DNA of 64,000 nt from an uncultured delta proteobacterium (GCA_963716325.1 CAVQTH010000045.1:1505-65504), one strand, 5' to 3'. Counted from the first letter of the stretch, positions 29,339 through 39,120 are shown. Numbers and translations are program-made. The notes: a model not told the origin generated them from the letters alone.

Positions 29339-29414
29339 TTTGTGAATTTGATTGCCGGAGCCATAATGGGCCGACAAGGCCTTGCCGGTTCAACTTTTTA
29401 GAGTTTGACGGTTT

Positions 29415-31801
29415 TTATTTTTCTTTCGGTTTGGCCGCCGCCATCGCTTTCGCCCGCTCTTCCTCTTCCTGCCGGATCACGGCCAGCGCCGCGGCCGCGC
29501 CGGCCTGGAAGACCGGATCAGCGGCCTCATGGGGCTCTCCCGTTGCGGAGGCTTTGGGCCGGAACTCCGGCGGCATGGACACCGTGACGTTGCGGCTGGC
29601 GAAGTCGATGCCGGCCGCCTGGAACTCCTCCCGGATCATCCGGTAGACTTCTTTTTTAAGGACGAACTGCTCGCCGGGCAGGGTCCTGAATTTGACCCGC
29701 ACGATCATGGCCGAATCGTCAAATTCCTTGATCCCCATGGACTTGAGATCGTCCAGCATGACGCGGTTGATTTCCTCGTCTTTGCGCAGGGTCTTGTTGA
29801 TCTTCTTGATGATCTTGCGCACCTTTTCGAGGTCGGTGTCGAAGCCCACGCGGATTTCCAGCTTGGTGATGGTGTAGTCCCGGCTGAAGTTGGTGATTGA
29901 TTTCAAGTTCCCGAAGGGGACGGTGTACACCATGCCCCGGGGGTGGCGCAGCTTGATCGACCGCAGCGTGATCTGCTCGACGGTGCCCTTGACGCCGGTC
30001 GACTCCACGTAGTCCCCGAGCCGGAAGGAGTCGTCGATCATGAAGAAAACCCCGGCGATGATGTCCCGCACCAGGGCCTGTGAGCCGAAACCGATGGCGA
30101 GACCGACCACCCCGGCCCCTGCGATCAGCGGGCCGATGTTCACCCCGATCGAGGAGAGCACGATCAGGGAGACGAGCACGCACAACACCGTCAGGATGAA
30201 CTTGCGCAGCAGCAGCAAGAGTGTTCCGGTGCGGGTCCCGCCCGGGCCGCCGCCTTCCCCGTCCATGTCGGTCGCCGGCATTTCCTGCCGCAGCCGGCTG
30301 TCGATGCGGGCCTTGGTAAACTCCCACACGATGAAGCCCAGCAGCAGGGTCACGACGATGCTGAGCACGTGCGAGGTGAAGATCCGCCCGAACTCGAGAT
30401 CGACACCCCACAGCCCCAGCACGATGAAGAACATGAACGCGGCCAGCACCAGCCGCAGCAGCCGCCGGATCAGCGGCACGTAGTGCTTGATGCGGGACTC
30501 CCCGCCCGGCGGCGGCACTTCGCGCACGGCCTCGCCGCTCAGATCGACGATTTCCGTAAACTCCCCCGAGGCCTGCTTGAGCAGGCGCTGCGCCCATTGG
30601 TCGATGCCGATGAAGACCGGGATCACGAACAGGCTGAGGATGAGGTTTATGACCGTGGCCTTGCCCCCCAGCAGGACGTCCGCGACCCAGAAGATGCCCA
30701 TGATCAGCACGTAAACGCTCGCCAGGTAATGCCAGTAGCGGGCGAAGGCGGCTCGCGGCCCGCCTGGCGCAGCCGCTGCGTTTTTTGGCAAAATGACCTC
30801 GGCGACCCGCTGCCGGCTCTGCCAGATCATGACCATGAGGGCGATGGCGATGTAGGCGCCGCCCAGGCTGTAGAACAGCAGGTAGAGGGCTTTAGTTGGC
30901 TTCGATTTCACCCAAAACAGTACTCGCCCCGGTGATCAGGGCCGCACCCGATGCGATGTATAGGATCCACCGGTAAAGAAAAACGGCGTCCGCATCCTTC
31001 ATCGGGAACAGGCGCAGGGCGGGCGCATCCGGTGCGAAGAGGACCTCGGCCGCGCAGGCGAAAAGCAGCAGGTAGTAGCTCACGAGCAGGTAGACCGAGA
31101 CAAACTCATAACCCAAATCTCCTTTTTGGAAGAAAAGGACAAACAGGATGAAGGTGGTGACGGTGAACACGGCGACCCCCAGAGCCTGCAGGATCAGATG
31201 CGACACGATCCGCCCGAAAAACTCCAGCCGCCCCAATCTCGCAGAGGTCAAGAGCCGTTCGTGGAGGTCCCGGGTCGCCCGGAAAAAAAACCATCTCTGG
31301 AGCAGACCCGCCGCCACGATCGCAAGAAGCGCCAGCAGGGTCAGCAGGAAGCGGCCGATGCCCTTGCCGCCGGTCAGCTTGCGCCAGGCATCGCCCAGCG
31401 TCGTCTGATTCGTCCTCCGCGGCGGTGAAGGTCCCGGATGAGCTTTTTCATCAGCGCCGAGGCATTGTCGGCCAACCGGAAGAAAAGTGGCCCCAGCCCG
31501 CGGTTTCCTGCCTTTGATGACCACCCCGTCCTCGTCCGAGGCGGCCTTGGCCGCCGTCTGACTGCCTGAGCATCTGGGCCAGCACCTGCCGCGCCTTCTC
31601 GTCGGTCAGAGAGCCCATAAACGCGTCCACTTGCTCCGGGGTCTGCGGTTGGGTCGGAGCAGCGACCTCCTCCGACTTGGCCTCGGGTTTTTTCGCCTTG
31701 GGCGTTGGGAACTTCTGGGCCCAGACGGTCCCGTCGGCGAAAAAAATGAGCAGCAGGAGACACACCGTAGCCCACACAGACCGCTTAGCGCTATGCAGCA
31801 T
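29415..31801 (-). pseudogene. Large MscS-family mechanosensitive channel gene split over at least three reading frames
   Basis: ORF 31451-31801 has a signal peptide and VDAFMGSLTDEKARQVLAQML. ORF 30892-31524 has TM helices. ORF 29415-30911 has more TM helices and the MscS core (GSQALVRDIIAGVFFMIDDSFRLGDYV). The ORFs overlap by 74 nt and 20 nt in different frames. Confidence 0.65.
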
Positions 31802-32011
31802 ATGGCCTCGCTTTAAGAAGAATAGTGTGATTTTTTCCGGGCCATGCGGAACATTTCATAGCCCACGATGAACGAGACGCCGTTGCCTGGGAACACACTT
31901 TTTGGAAACAAAAGGTGCCCCTCGGCATCGCTTATATCACATTGTCAAAATTTTTAGCATAGATATCAATGACCAGGCCGGCTGAAGCAGGTGCCACTTA
32001 AACCGATGCCA

Positions 32012-32053
32012 GGCGGAGCGGGGTGCTCGCCGCGGCGGGCACCCCGCTCCGCC
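32012..32053. repeat. 42-nt near-perfect palindrome
   Basis: ggcggagcggggtgc t cgccgcggcg g gcaccccgctccgcc: 15 bp plus 4 bp of pairing with one T/G mismatch. Lies in the divergent spacer upstream of the aminotransferase gene. Confidence 0.75.
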
Positions 32054-32268
32054 TCTGCGTGAGATGCTGGAATTAGACATATTTACTTGCCGGAGTAATA
32101 ACTGCGATCGCCCAGAAGCCGGCCTCGCCGTAAACGACGAAATCCACCCCCACGCCCGAGCGTGTCCGCCAAGGCGGTTGCTTCCACGGCCCTGGTCATG
32201 CTACCAAATAAACTTCAGAGGCGGTTCAAAATTCGGGGAAAGCCAAAATACCAAGAGGGAGCAGGCAC

Positions 32269-33603
32269 ATGCAAAAAACGGTTAAGAAGCTGGATCACAC
32301 CTCTCACTTGATCCTCCACCGGACCAGCCGAAAGGAGGTCAGGGAAGGCATCACCGTCATCGTCAAAGGCGAAGGCGTGTGGGTGTACGACCAGGACGGA
32401 ACGCGTTATCTGGACCTGGACGCCGGGGTGACCCGGCCGGTTCACGTGGGGCACGGCTCGAAAGAGCTGGCCCAGGCGGCCTATGACCAGATGTGCCGCC
32501 TGGCCTACTTCACCCCGATGAGCTTTGCCAACGTGCCGGCCATGGAACTGGCGGAGGTCCTGGCGGGGATCGCCCCGGGCGGCATCAACCGTTTCATTTT
32601 TGAGTGCGGCGGCTCCGAGGCGGTGGAAACGGCCATGAAGCTCGCCAAGCACTACCATTACTACCGGGGCGACAAGGGCCGGTTCAAAATCATGTCCAGG
32701 AGGGGCGCCTACCACGGGGTGAACGGGATCGGCCTGCGCGCTCTCGGAACGGTCATGCCCATGCGCCAGGTGATGGAACCTCTGGCCCCCGGTGCCGCCT
32801 TTATCGAGTCCCCCTACTGCTACCGGTGCCCCCACCATCTCACCCGGCAGAACTGCGACATGGCGTGCGCCCGCGAGCTGGCCCGCATCCTCGAGTTTGA
32901 AGGGCCGGACCAGTTCTCCGTGTTTATCGGGGAGCCGATTCAGCAGGCCTACGGCGCCTTGAAACCGCCCGCGGACTATTGGCCCATCATCCGGGACATA
33001 TGCGACCGCTACGGCATTCTGCTCATCATCGACGAAGTCATCTGCGGGTTCGGCCGCACCGGGAAGATGTTCGCGACGGAACACTTGAACGTCAAAGCGG
33101 ACATGATCACCATGGCCAAGGGGCTCACCAGCGGCTATGTGCCCTTGGGCGCCGTGGGGTGCACCGACCAGGTGATGGAACCCATCGAGGTCTTCAACCA
33201 CCTGCACACCTACGGGAACCACCCGGTGCCGTGCGCCGTCGGGGTCAAAAACATCGAAATTCTCAAGCGGGACCGGCTGGTGGAAAACAGCGCGGCCATG
33301 GGGGCCTATTTCCTGGACGGGTTGAAGCACCTGGAGGACCATCCATCCGTCGGCGAAGTCCGCGGCACCGGCCTCTGGCTGGCGATCGATTTTACCATCG
33401 ACAAGAAAACACGTGCCCCCTATCCCACCGCCAACCTGATGAACCTGCTGGTGCGGGCCAAGAAAAAGGGAGTCATCACCAAGACCATGGGGTTGGCCCT
33501 TGAATTCGCCCCGCCCCTGACCATCGGGAAGGAGGAGATCGATTTCGCCCTCAAGGTGATCGGCGAGTGCATCACCGAAGAAGAAAAGGCCCTTGGCCTC
33601 TGA
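32269..33603 (+). CDS. Class III PLP-dependent aminotransferase (omega-transaminase family)
   Basis: 444 aa. FECGGSEAVETAMKLAK, LIIDEVICGFGRTGKMFA and the MAKGLTSGYVPLGAV Lys motif. Confidence 0.88.
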   Translation: MQKTVKKLDHTSHLILHRTSRKEVREGITVIVKGEGVWVYDQDGTRYLDLDAGVTRPVHVGHGSKELAQAAYDQMCRLAYFTPMSFANVPAMELAEVLAGIAPGGINRFIFECGGSEAVETAMKLAKHYHYYRGDKGRFKIMSRRGAYHGVNGIGLRALGTVMPMRQVMEPLAPGAAFIESPYCYRCPHHLTRQNCDMACARELARILEFEGPDQFSVFIGEPIQQAYGALKPPADYWPIIRDICDRYGILLIIDEVICGFGRTGKMFATEHLNVKADMITMAKGLTSGYVPLGAVGCTDQVMEPIEVFNHLHTYGNHPVPCAVGVKNIEILKRDRLVENSAAMGAYFLDGLKHLEDHPSVGEVRGTGLWLAIDFTIDKKTRAPYPTANLMNLLVRAKKKGVITKTMGLALEFAPPLTIGKEEIDFALKVIGECITEEEKALGL

Positions 33604-33622
33604 AGAAGTGCAGCGCTCTTCT

Positions 33623-34612
33623 TCATCCGCCGCCCGGGACTTCCAGGATCACCTTGCCGATGTTGCGGTTTTCCTTCACGTAGGCGTGCGCGGCCGCGGC
33701 CGCGGTGATGGGGAAGACCCGGTCGATCACCGGCTGGAGTTTCCCGGAGGCGAGCATGAGCAGGAAGCGCCCCTCGAAGCGGCGGGTGATCTCGATCTTC
33801 TCGGAGACCGGGCGGGGCCGAAGCCTTGAGCCGATCAGGCGCAGGCTCCTGCCCAGGACCCGCCCCAGGTCGATTTCCGCCCTGCTGCCGCCCATCAACC
33901 CGATGTTCACCAGCCGGCCGCCGGGCGCCAACACCTCGAGGTTGCCCTTGAGGTAGGCCGCGCCGACGGGGTCCAGGACCAGGTCCACCTCTCGGCCCTC
34001 GGCGTGCGCCTTGATCTCCACGGCGAAATCCTGGTTCTTGTAGTCGATGGCCACGGTGGCGCCCCACCGACGGCACGCCGCCAGTTTCTCCGCCGAGCCC
34101 GCCGTCGCATAGACCGTGGCGCCGCCCGCAACCGCCATTTGGATGGCGGCCGAGCCCACCCCGCTGGCCCCCGCGTGAATCAGAACCTTCTGGCCGGGCT
34201 GCAGCCGCCCCTCGATGAACAGGTTCAGAAACGCCGCCAGCCAGGCCTCGGGCACGGCCGCCCCCTGGGCAAACGACCACCCGTCGGGCAGGCGCATCAG
34301 CAGCCCGTGATGGACGGCGGCCCGCTCCGCATACCCGCCGCCCGGCAGCAGGGCCATCACCCGGTCCCCGGGCTGCCAGCCCTGAACGGCAGCCCCCACG
34401 GCCGCGACCGTTCCGGCCATCTCCAGCCCCAGGATGTCCGTCACGCCCGACGGCGGAGGGTACTGCCCCCGGGCCTGCAACAGGTCCGCCCGGTTCACGG
34501 CGGTGGCCCGCACCGCAACCAGAACCTCCTCCGGGCCCATGACCGGATCCGGCGCCTTCTGCCATGCCAGCCGCGGCGCATGATCGCCCGGCTCAACCAC
34601 GATCGCTTTCAT
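33623..34612 (-). CDS. NAD(P)H:quinone oxidoreductase (MDR superfamily, PIG3/Qor-like)
   Basis: 329 aa. RATAVNRADLLQARGQYPPP, and VLIHAGASGVGSAAIQ as the nucleotide-binding motif. Confidence 0.85.
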   Translation of the reverse strand: MKAIVVEPGDHAPRLAWQKAPDPVMGPEEVLVAVRATAVNRADLLQARGQYPPPSGVTDILGLEMAGTVAAVGAAVQGWQPGDRVMALLPGGGYAERAAVHHGLLMRLPDGWSFAQGAAVPEAWLAAFLNLFIEGRLQPGQKVLIHAGASGVGSAAIQMAVAGGATVYATAGSAEKLAACRRWGATVAIDYKNQDFAVEIKAHAEGREVDLVLDPVGAAYLKGNLEVLAPGGRLVNIGLMGGSRAEIDLGRVLGRSLRLIGSRLRPRPVSEKIEITRRFEGRFLLMLASGKLQPVIDRVFPITAAAAAHAYVKENRNIGKVILEVPGGG

Positions 34613-34751
34613 TTTTCCCCTGCTGAAAAAAGTTCAAATTGAACTCAAGAAAATTCGCGATTTGACCGATGACACCAACAAAAACAATCAGAATCACCCC
34701 ACAGGCATACGGTGGCCCATTTTCCCTGAACAAGGGGCTGAGGAGGCATTC

Positions 34752-35855
34752 ATGGAGATTCTAGGCATCGATATCGGCTTCGGCTTCACCAAGGCCACCA
34801 ACGGCACGGACACGATCATCTTCAAATCCCTGCTGGGCGAATCCGCCGACATTCAGTACTGGGCGGACTTCGGCGACGACCGCTCGGCCGACCATATTCA
34901 AGTGACCATCGACGGCAAGTCCTATTTCATCGGGGACCTGGCCGAACAGCAGTCCCGGACGCCCAAATTCACGCTGGACCAGGAAAAGCTCATTACGGAA
35001 TACGTCCGGGTCCTGGCCCTCACGGCCGCCGGCCTGCTGACCAAGAACGGCCACCAGGTGAATGTCCCGGTAAACGTGGTCTCGGGCCTTCCGATCGGCT
35101 ATTTCAAACGCAACCACGAGCGGTTCCAGGGGATCCTGTCCGGGCACCACTCGGTTGCCTACCACTCCCCCCACGGCCAGGTGACCACGAAGGAAATCTA
35201 CATCAACAAGGTGCGCATGCTGCCCCAGCCCCTTGGAAGTATTCTCAACCTTCTGATGGACGGAAACGGGAAAGTTTCAAACAAAGAGCTTGCCGGCCAG
35301 AAGATCGGCGTGGTCGACATCGGCTTTCGAACCACCGATTTCACGATCATGGATCGCATGCGGCACATCGACCGCGGCAGCCGCACCATCGACAGCGGGA
35401 TGTCCAAGGCCTTCGGCCTGATCGCCCAGAAGCTCCAGGAGAAATGCGGGGTGTCGGTAGAATTATACCGACTCTACCAAGCCGTCGAGGAGGGCACCAT
35501 CCGCATGCGCGGCAAGCCCATCAACTTCGCCAGCATCCGGGACCAGGTGTTCGAACAACTGGCCGGTTCCATCGCCGGCGAAATCGACCGGCTGTGGTCC
35601 CAAGACTGGGACATCGACCTGATCGTCTTGACCGGTGGCGGATCCCGTGAACTGGCCCGCCACCTCAAGCCACTGATCGACGGCAATGTGGTGCCCTTGG
35701 AGCCCCACATCGATTCGCGGCTGAACAATGTCTTCGGCTATGTAAAGTACGGAAAATTCGCATGGAGAGCCGCCAACGGCTCAAAATCGAATGGTGACGG
35801 TGCCGCCACCGGCAGGCAGGAGATGCCGGAGGCCGGCAAAGCGGCGGCCTCGTAG
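34752..35855 (+). CDS. ParM/StbA-family actin-like ATPase
   Basis: ILGIDIGFGFTKA (phosphate-1), GVVDIGFRTTDF (phosphate-2) and LIVLTGGGS (adenosine motif). I chose the ATG at 34752, after GAGGAGG; the track ORF starts at TTG 34662. Confidence 0.75.
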   Translation: MEILGIDIGFGFTKATNGTDTIIFKSLLGESADIQYWADFGDDRSADHIQVTIDGKSYFIGDLAEQQSRTPKFTLDQEKLITEYVRVLALTAAGLLTKNGHQVNVPVNVVSGLPIGYFKRNHERFQGILSGHHSVAYHSPHGQVTTKEIYINKVRMLPQPLGSILNLLMDGNGKVSNKELAGQKIGVVDIGFRTTDFTIMDRMRHIDRGSRTIDSGMSKAFGLIAQKLQEKCGVSVELYRLYQAVEEGTIRMRGKPINFASIRDQVFEQLAGSIAGEIDRLWSQDWDIDLIVLTGGGSRELARHLKPLIDGNVVPLEPHIDSRLNNVFGYVKYGKFAWRAANGSKSNGDGAATGRQEMPEAGKAAAS

Positions 35856-35902
35856 TTGTAGCTGCCAGCCTCTGAAATCCCTGGAAGCGGCCACCCGATC
35901 GG

Positions 35903-36574
35903 CTACTTGTTCCCGCTCGGCCGTTCCGGGTCGTCAACCCCATCGGCTTTGCGTTCGAAAAGACGCAGGACATGTTCCACCGGCCGCCCCAGCAAAAAGT
36001 CCAGCATCTCGGCCTCAAGCCCCCCTTGCGCGACCATCAGCCGCCGAATTTCGGCATCATAGCGGACCATCCCGGCCAGCTCGCGCTCGACCCCGGCCCG
36101 GCCGCGACCGGACCGGCGTTCCAGAAGCCGCCGAACACCGTCAACATCGCAGCGCCGCTCATGATCTTCGATCAGCTCCCACAGCCCCTTGACGTCGGCC
36201 AGCAGGTCTCTGCGGGACAGGCGCCCGCGGCGGTAGGCCTGTTCGAGCCGGACGGTATCCCAGCATTCCAGGAGTCTGCACTCCAGGGGCCGGTCGGCGT
36301 AAATGTGGCAGGCGCCCGTGCGGTCGTCAAAGAAGCGGCAGGCCCAGGTGCTGCCGTGGCCCTTGATTTTAATGATGTCGCCGTCGACGCGGATGAGCCC
36401 GTCCTGCACCGGGTCCGTGGCCCACTCGCCCTTCCGGAGGGTGTAGAGATGGCGGGTGTGGATGACGCCCTGCTCCACCCGTTCGCGATCTTCCTGGTGC
36501 AGGGCCGGTCCTCCCTTGCGGCAGCAGGTCCCGCAGCGCGAACACGATGACGGCTGAGCGGCAGAGGGGTTCAT
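35903..36574 (-). CDS. YkgJ-family cysteine-cluster protein (CxxCxxCC, UPF0153)
   Basis: Starts MNPSAAQPSSCSRCGTCCRKGGP, with a later ACRFF...GACHIYADRPLECR. The upstream part of the 365-aa track ORF has no coding signal. Confidence 0.7.
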   Translation of the reverse strand: MNPSAAQPSSCSRCGTCCRKGGPALHQEDRERVEQGVIHTRHLYTLRKGEWATDPVQDGLIRVDGDIIKIKGHGSTWACRFFDDRTGACHIYADRPLECRLLECWDTVRLEQAYRRGRLSRRDLLADVKGLWELIEDHERRCDVDGVRRLLERRSGRGRAGVERELAGMVRYDAEIRRLMVAQGGLEAEMLDFLLGRPVEHVLRLFERKADGVDDPERPSGNK

Positions 36575-36652
36575 GGCACTGCCTATATCAAAGCCTCCGA
36601 ACCCTGGCAAGCCGGCCGAAGCAGCAACCCTCTGCCGGAACCAAACAATTCT

Positions 36653-36680
36653 TTGAATTCCAACGGTAAATGAGTATAAT
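36653..36680 (+). promoter_or_regulatory. Sigma70-like promoter candidate for yceD-yihY
   Basis: TTGAAT, a 16-nt spacer, then TATAAT. Confidence 0.45.
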
Positions 36681-36740
36681 AACGTCAAAACAGCATTGCC
36701 CGCTGTCGAGGCCGCGGGCCGGCCTGAGGCGGACGTCATT

Positions 36741-37292
36741 ATGCGCATCCAAACAGAAGAACTCAAAGAAACCCGCATCGCGCTTGAATTCGACACTTCG
36801 GCGGACCGCTTCCCGGCCCTGCGCGAGATGATGGGCCGCCGCGAATGCGACTTCACCGGCCCGATCCGCTCACGCCTCCGGGCGTTGCGCATCGGCGACA
36901 TGGTGGAGGTCGAGGGGGACATTCGCGCGACGGTTCGCCTGAGTTGCGGCCGCTGCCTCGCTGAATTTATCTGCCCGTTGGAGGCGCCCTTCACCCTCAC
37001 CTATGCCCAGCCGGCGCCCGCAGCGGAAGAACCCGGCGAACCCGGGCCTATCGAGATGGACGTCGAGGAGGCCGGTCTCATTTATTTCCAGGGTGAGGAC
37101 ATCGACCTTACCGAGGGGATCCAGGAGCAGGTGATTCTCTCCCTGCCCCTCAGGCCGCTTTGCAGCGAGAGCTGCAAAGGTCTCTGCCCGCATTGCGGTA
37201 CCGACTTGAACAAGGCCGCTTGCGGCTGCCTCGCGGCGGCGGCCGGCAGCCCGTTTGCGGTCCTGGGCCGATTGAAGCTGGAAAAGGATTGA
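36741..37292 (+). CDS. yceD: YceD/DUF177 family protein
   Basis: C-terminal PLCSESCKGLCPHCGTDLNKAACGC and SPFAVLGRLK are typical of DUF177. ATG 36741 chosen. Confidence 0.8.
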   Translation: MRIQTEELKETRIALEFDTSADRFPALREMMGRRECDFTGPIRSRLRALRIGDMVEVEGDIRATVRLSCGRCLAEFICPLEAPFTLTYAQPAPAAEEPGEPGPIEMDVEEAGLIYFQGEDIDLTEGIQEQVILSLPLRPLCSESCKGLCPHCGTDLNKAACGCLAAAAGSPFAVLGRLKLEKD

Positions 37293-37306
37293 CCGAAAAA
37301 AAGCCC

Positions 37307-38233
37307 ATGGACAACGATGATTCATCCATACCGACCGCACCTCCCGGCGTGGTGAAACGGATCGTCCGCTTCACGCTTCACGTTCTGCGGGATTTCCAGC
37401 GCCGCCAGGGGCTGCTGCTGGCGGGCGCGGTGGCCTATTACACCCTGCTGTCCATCGTGCCGCTGTTCGCCCTCATTCTGGTCGGCCTCTCGCACTTCGT
37501 CAACGAAGAGCAGTTGATCCAGACCATTGCCCGGAATCTCGAGCTTCTGATCCCCGGTTATGCAAACAGCCTGGCGGACCAGGTCCGCATGTTTCTGGCG
37601 CGACGCCACCTGGTCGGAGTGGTCGGGTTTCTCATCATGCTCTTTTTCAGCTCCATGGCCTTTTCGGTCCTGGAGAGCACGATGGCGGTGATCTTCTCCC
37701 ACCGCGAGAAGTCCATGCGCCGGCCGTTCTTCATATCGGCGATCATTCCGTACTTCTACATTCTGCTGATGGGCTTGGGATTGCTCCTGGTGACCCTGAT
37801 CTCCGGCGCCATGGACGCTATCGAACGACAGCAGGTGCTTCTGCTCGGCTATGAGTTGAGCCTGAGAGGATCCTCCAAAATTCTTCTATACTTGTTGGGC
37901 ATGGGCGGCATGGTCCTGATGCTCACCTCGTTTTACCTGGTCATGCCGGTCGGACGCATATCGTTCCGGCATGCCTTGAGCGGGGCGGTCACGGCCACCG
38001 TGCTCTGGGAGGTCATCCGGCGCATCCTCGTCTGGTATTATTCCAAGCTGTCCCTGGTCAACGTGATCTATGGCTCGCTCGCCACCACGGTGGTGGCGCT
38101 GCTCAGCATCGAGGTGGCAGTGATCATCCTCCTGCTCGGGGCCCAGGTGATCTCCGAATTCGACCGGCGCCGCTACGAGGCCGGCGGGAACCGCTACGGG
38201 CCGTCTAGGCAGGACCGTCAGCCAAGTAAATAG
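37307..38233 (+). CDS. YihY/virulence factor BrkB family membrane protein
   Basis: GLLLAGAVAYYTLLSIVPLFALIL and six hydrophobic segments. ATG 37307 chosen. Confidence 0.8.
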   Translation: MDNDDSSIPTAPPGVVKRIVRFTLHVLRDFQRRQGLLLAGAVAYYTLLSIVPLFALILVGLSHFVNEEQLIQTIARNLELLIPGYANSLADQVRMFLARRHLVGVVGFLIMLFFSSMAFSVLESTMAVIFSHREKSMRRPFFISAIIPYFYILLMGLGLLLVTLISGAMDAIERQQVLLLGYELSLRGSSKILLYLLGMGGMVLMLTSFYLVMPVGRISFRHALSGAVTATVLWEVIRRILVWYYSKLSLVNVIYGSLATTVVALLSIEVAVIILLLGAQVISEFDRRRYEAGGNRYGPSRQDRQPSK

Positions 38234-38323
38234 GTCTAATTCCAGCAACTCACACAGAGGCTTAAGTTGCACCTGTTTAATCGCCGGAGTAATAACCGGG
38301 TCATCTCTCTATCAGGAGGCAAT

Positions 38324-38689
38324 ATGGCGCTCATAGTCAACACCGTCATCAAGCGGCCGGGCATTTTTACCGTGACCCCCATCGGATCCATCGACACCCC
38401 TGGCCATGCGGTCTTCCAGGAGAAGGTCGATTCCGTTCTCAGCCAGAACCCCGATGTGGTCATATTCGACCTGGAGTTCACGGAGTACATCAACAGCATG
38501 GGGATCCGCGTGCTGGTCAAGGCCAAGAAGGCCATGAAACCGCGCGGAGGCAAGATCGTGTTCATCAACCTGCAGCCCCAGATCAAGAAGGTGTTCGACA
38601 TTCTGAACGCCCTGCCCTCGCTCAAGGTGTTTGCGAGCATCCAGGAACTCGACACCTACCTGGATGCCATGCAGAAAAAAGCCCGCTGA
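38324..38689 (+). CDS. STAS domain protein (anti-sigma-factor antagonist / MlaB-like fold)
   Basis: 121 aa. VVIFDLEFTEYINSMGIRVLV (STAS core with a conserved Ser) and IVFINLQPQIKKVFDI. ATG 38324 follows AGGAGG. Confidence 0.8.
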   Translation: MALIVNTVIKRPGIFTVTPIGSIDTPGHAVFQEKVDSVLSQNPDVVIFDLEFTEYINSMGIRVLVKAKKAMKPRGGKIVFINLQPQIKKVFDILNALPSLKVFASIQELDTYLDAMQKKAR

Positions 38690-38721
38690 ACATCGGCCAT
38701 CGCCGACCAAGGAGACCCCCG

Positions 38722-39120
38722 ATGAAACGAGCCCTCCTCCTCCTCTTGACGATCCTGCTGACGGCCGCCTGCTCTCACGGCCGCACCGCGAGCTTCCCCG
38801 CTGCGGCGGATCCCGCCGGCGCCGGCCAGGTGGCCGTCATGCGCAACAACAACCTGTTCGGATGGTGGTTCCCGGTAAAAGTGACCTACGACGATGCGGT
38901 CATCGCCCACCTCCGGTCCGGGGAGCGCGTCGTGTTCCAAACCCCGCCGGGGTTGCACACCGTCGGGGTTGCGGACCGCGGCATCAGCATGGCGGTCGAA
39001 CCGAACGGGAAGTATTATTTTTTGATCAGCACGGAAGACTCGCAGGCCGGGTTCGAGATCGAACGGCTGGATCCGAGGCGGGGAGAGGAATGGGTCTCCA
39101 AAACAAAGCCGATCCCCTGA
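38722..39120 (+). CDS. Lipoprotein of unknown function (DUF2846-like)
   Basis: 132 aa with a signal peptide and lipobox LTAAC. Followed by a strong terminator hairpin. Confidence 0.6.
   Translation: MKRALLLLLTILLTAACSHGRTASFPAAADPAGAGQVAVMRNNNLFGWWFPVKVTYDDAVIAHLRSGERVVFQTPPGLHTVGVADRGISMAVEPNGKYYFLISTEDSQAGFEIERLDPRRGEEWVSKTKPIP

Noticed and set aside
29350-29400. Imperfect palindrome ccgacaaggccttgccgg followed by a T-run as a terminator
   Set aside because: No plus-strand gene ends upstream of it, and the orientation is wrong for the MscS-family gene. Function unclear and the stem is imperfect.
32089-32102. 14-mer GCCGGAGTAATAAC shared with 38283-38296
   Set aside because: Several exact 14-mer matches are expected by chance in a 64-kb window when both strands are considered. 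There is no extended similarity around the match.
36575-37000. Upstream 140 codons of the 365-aa minus-strand ORF containing ykgJ
   Set aside because: Antisense to yceD and the promoter spacer. The YkgJ homology begins at the ATG at 36574.
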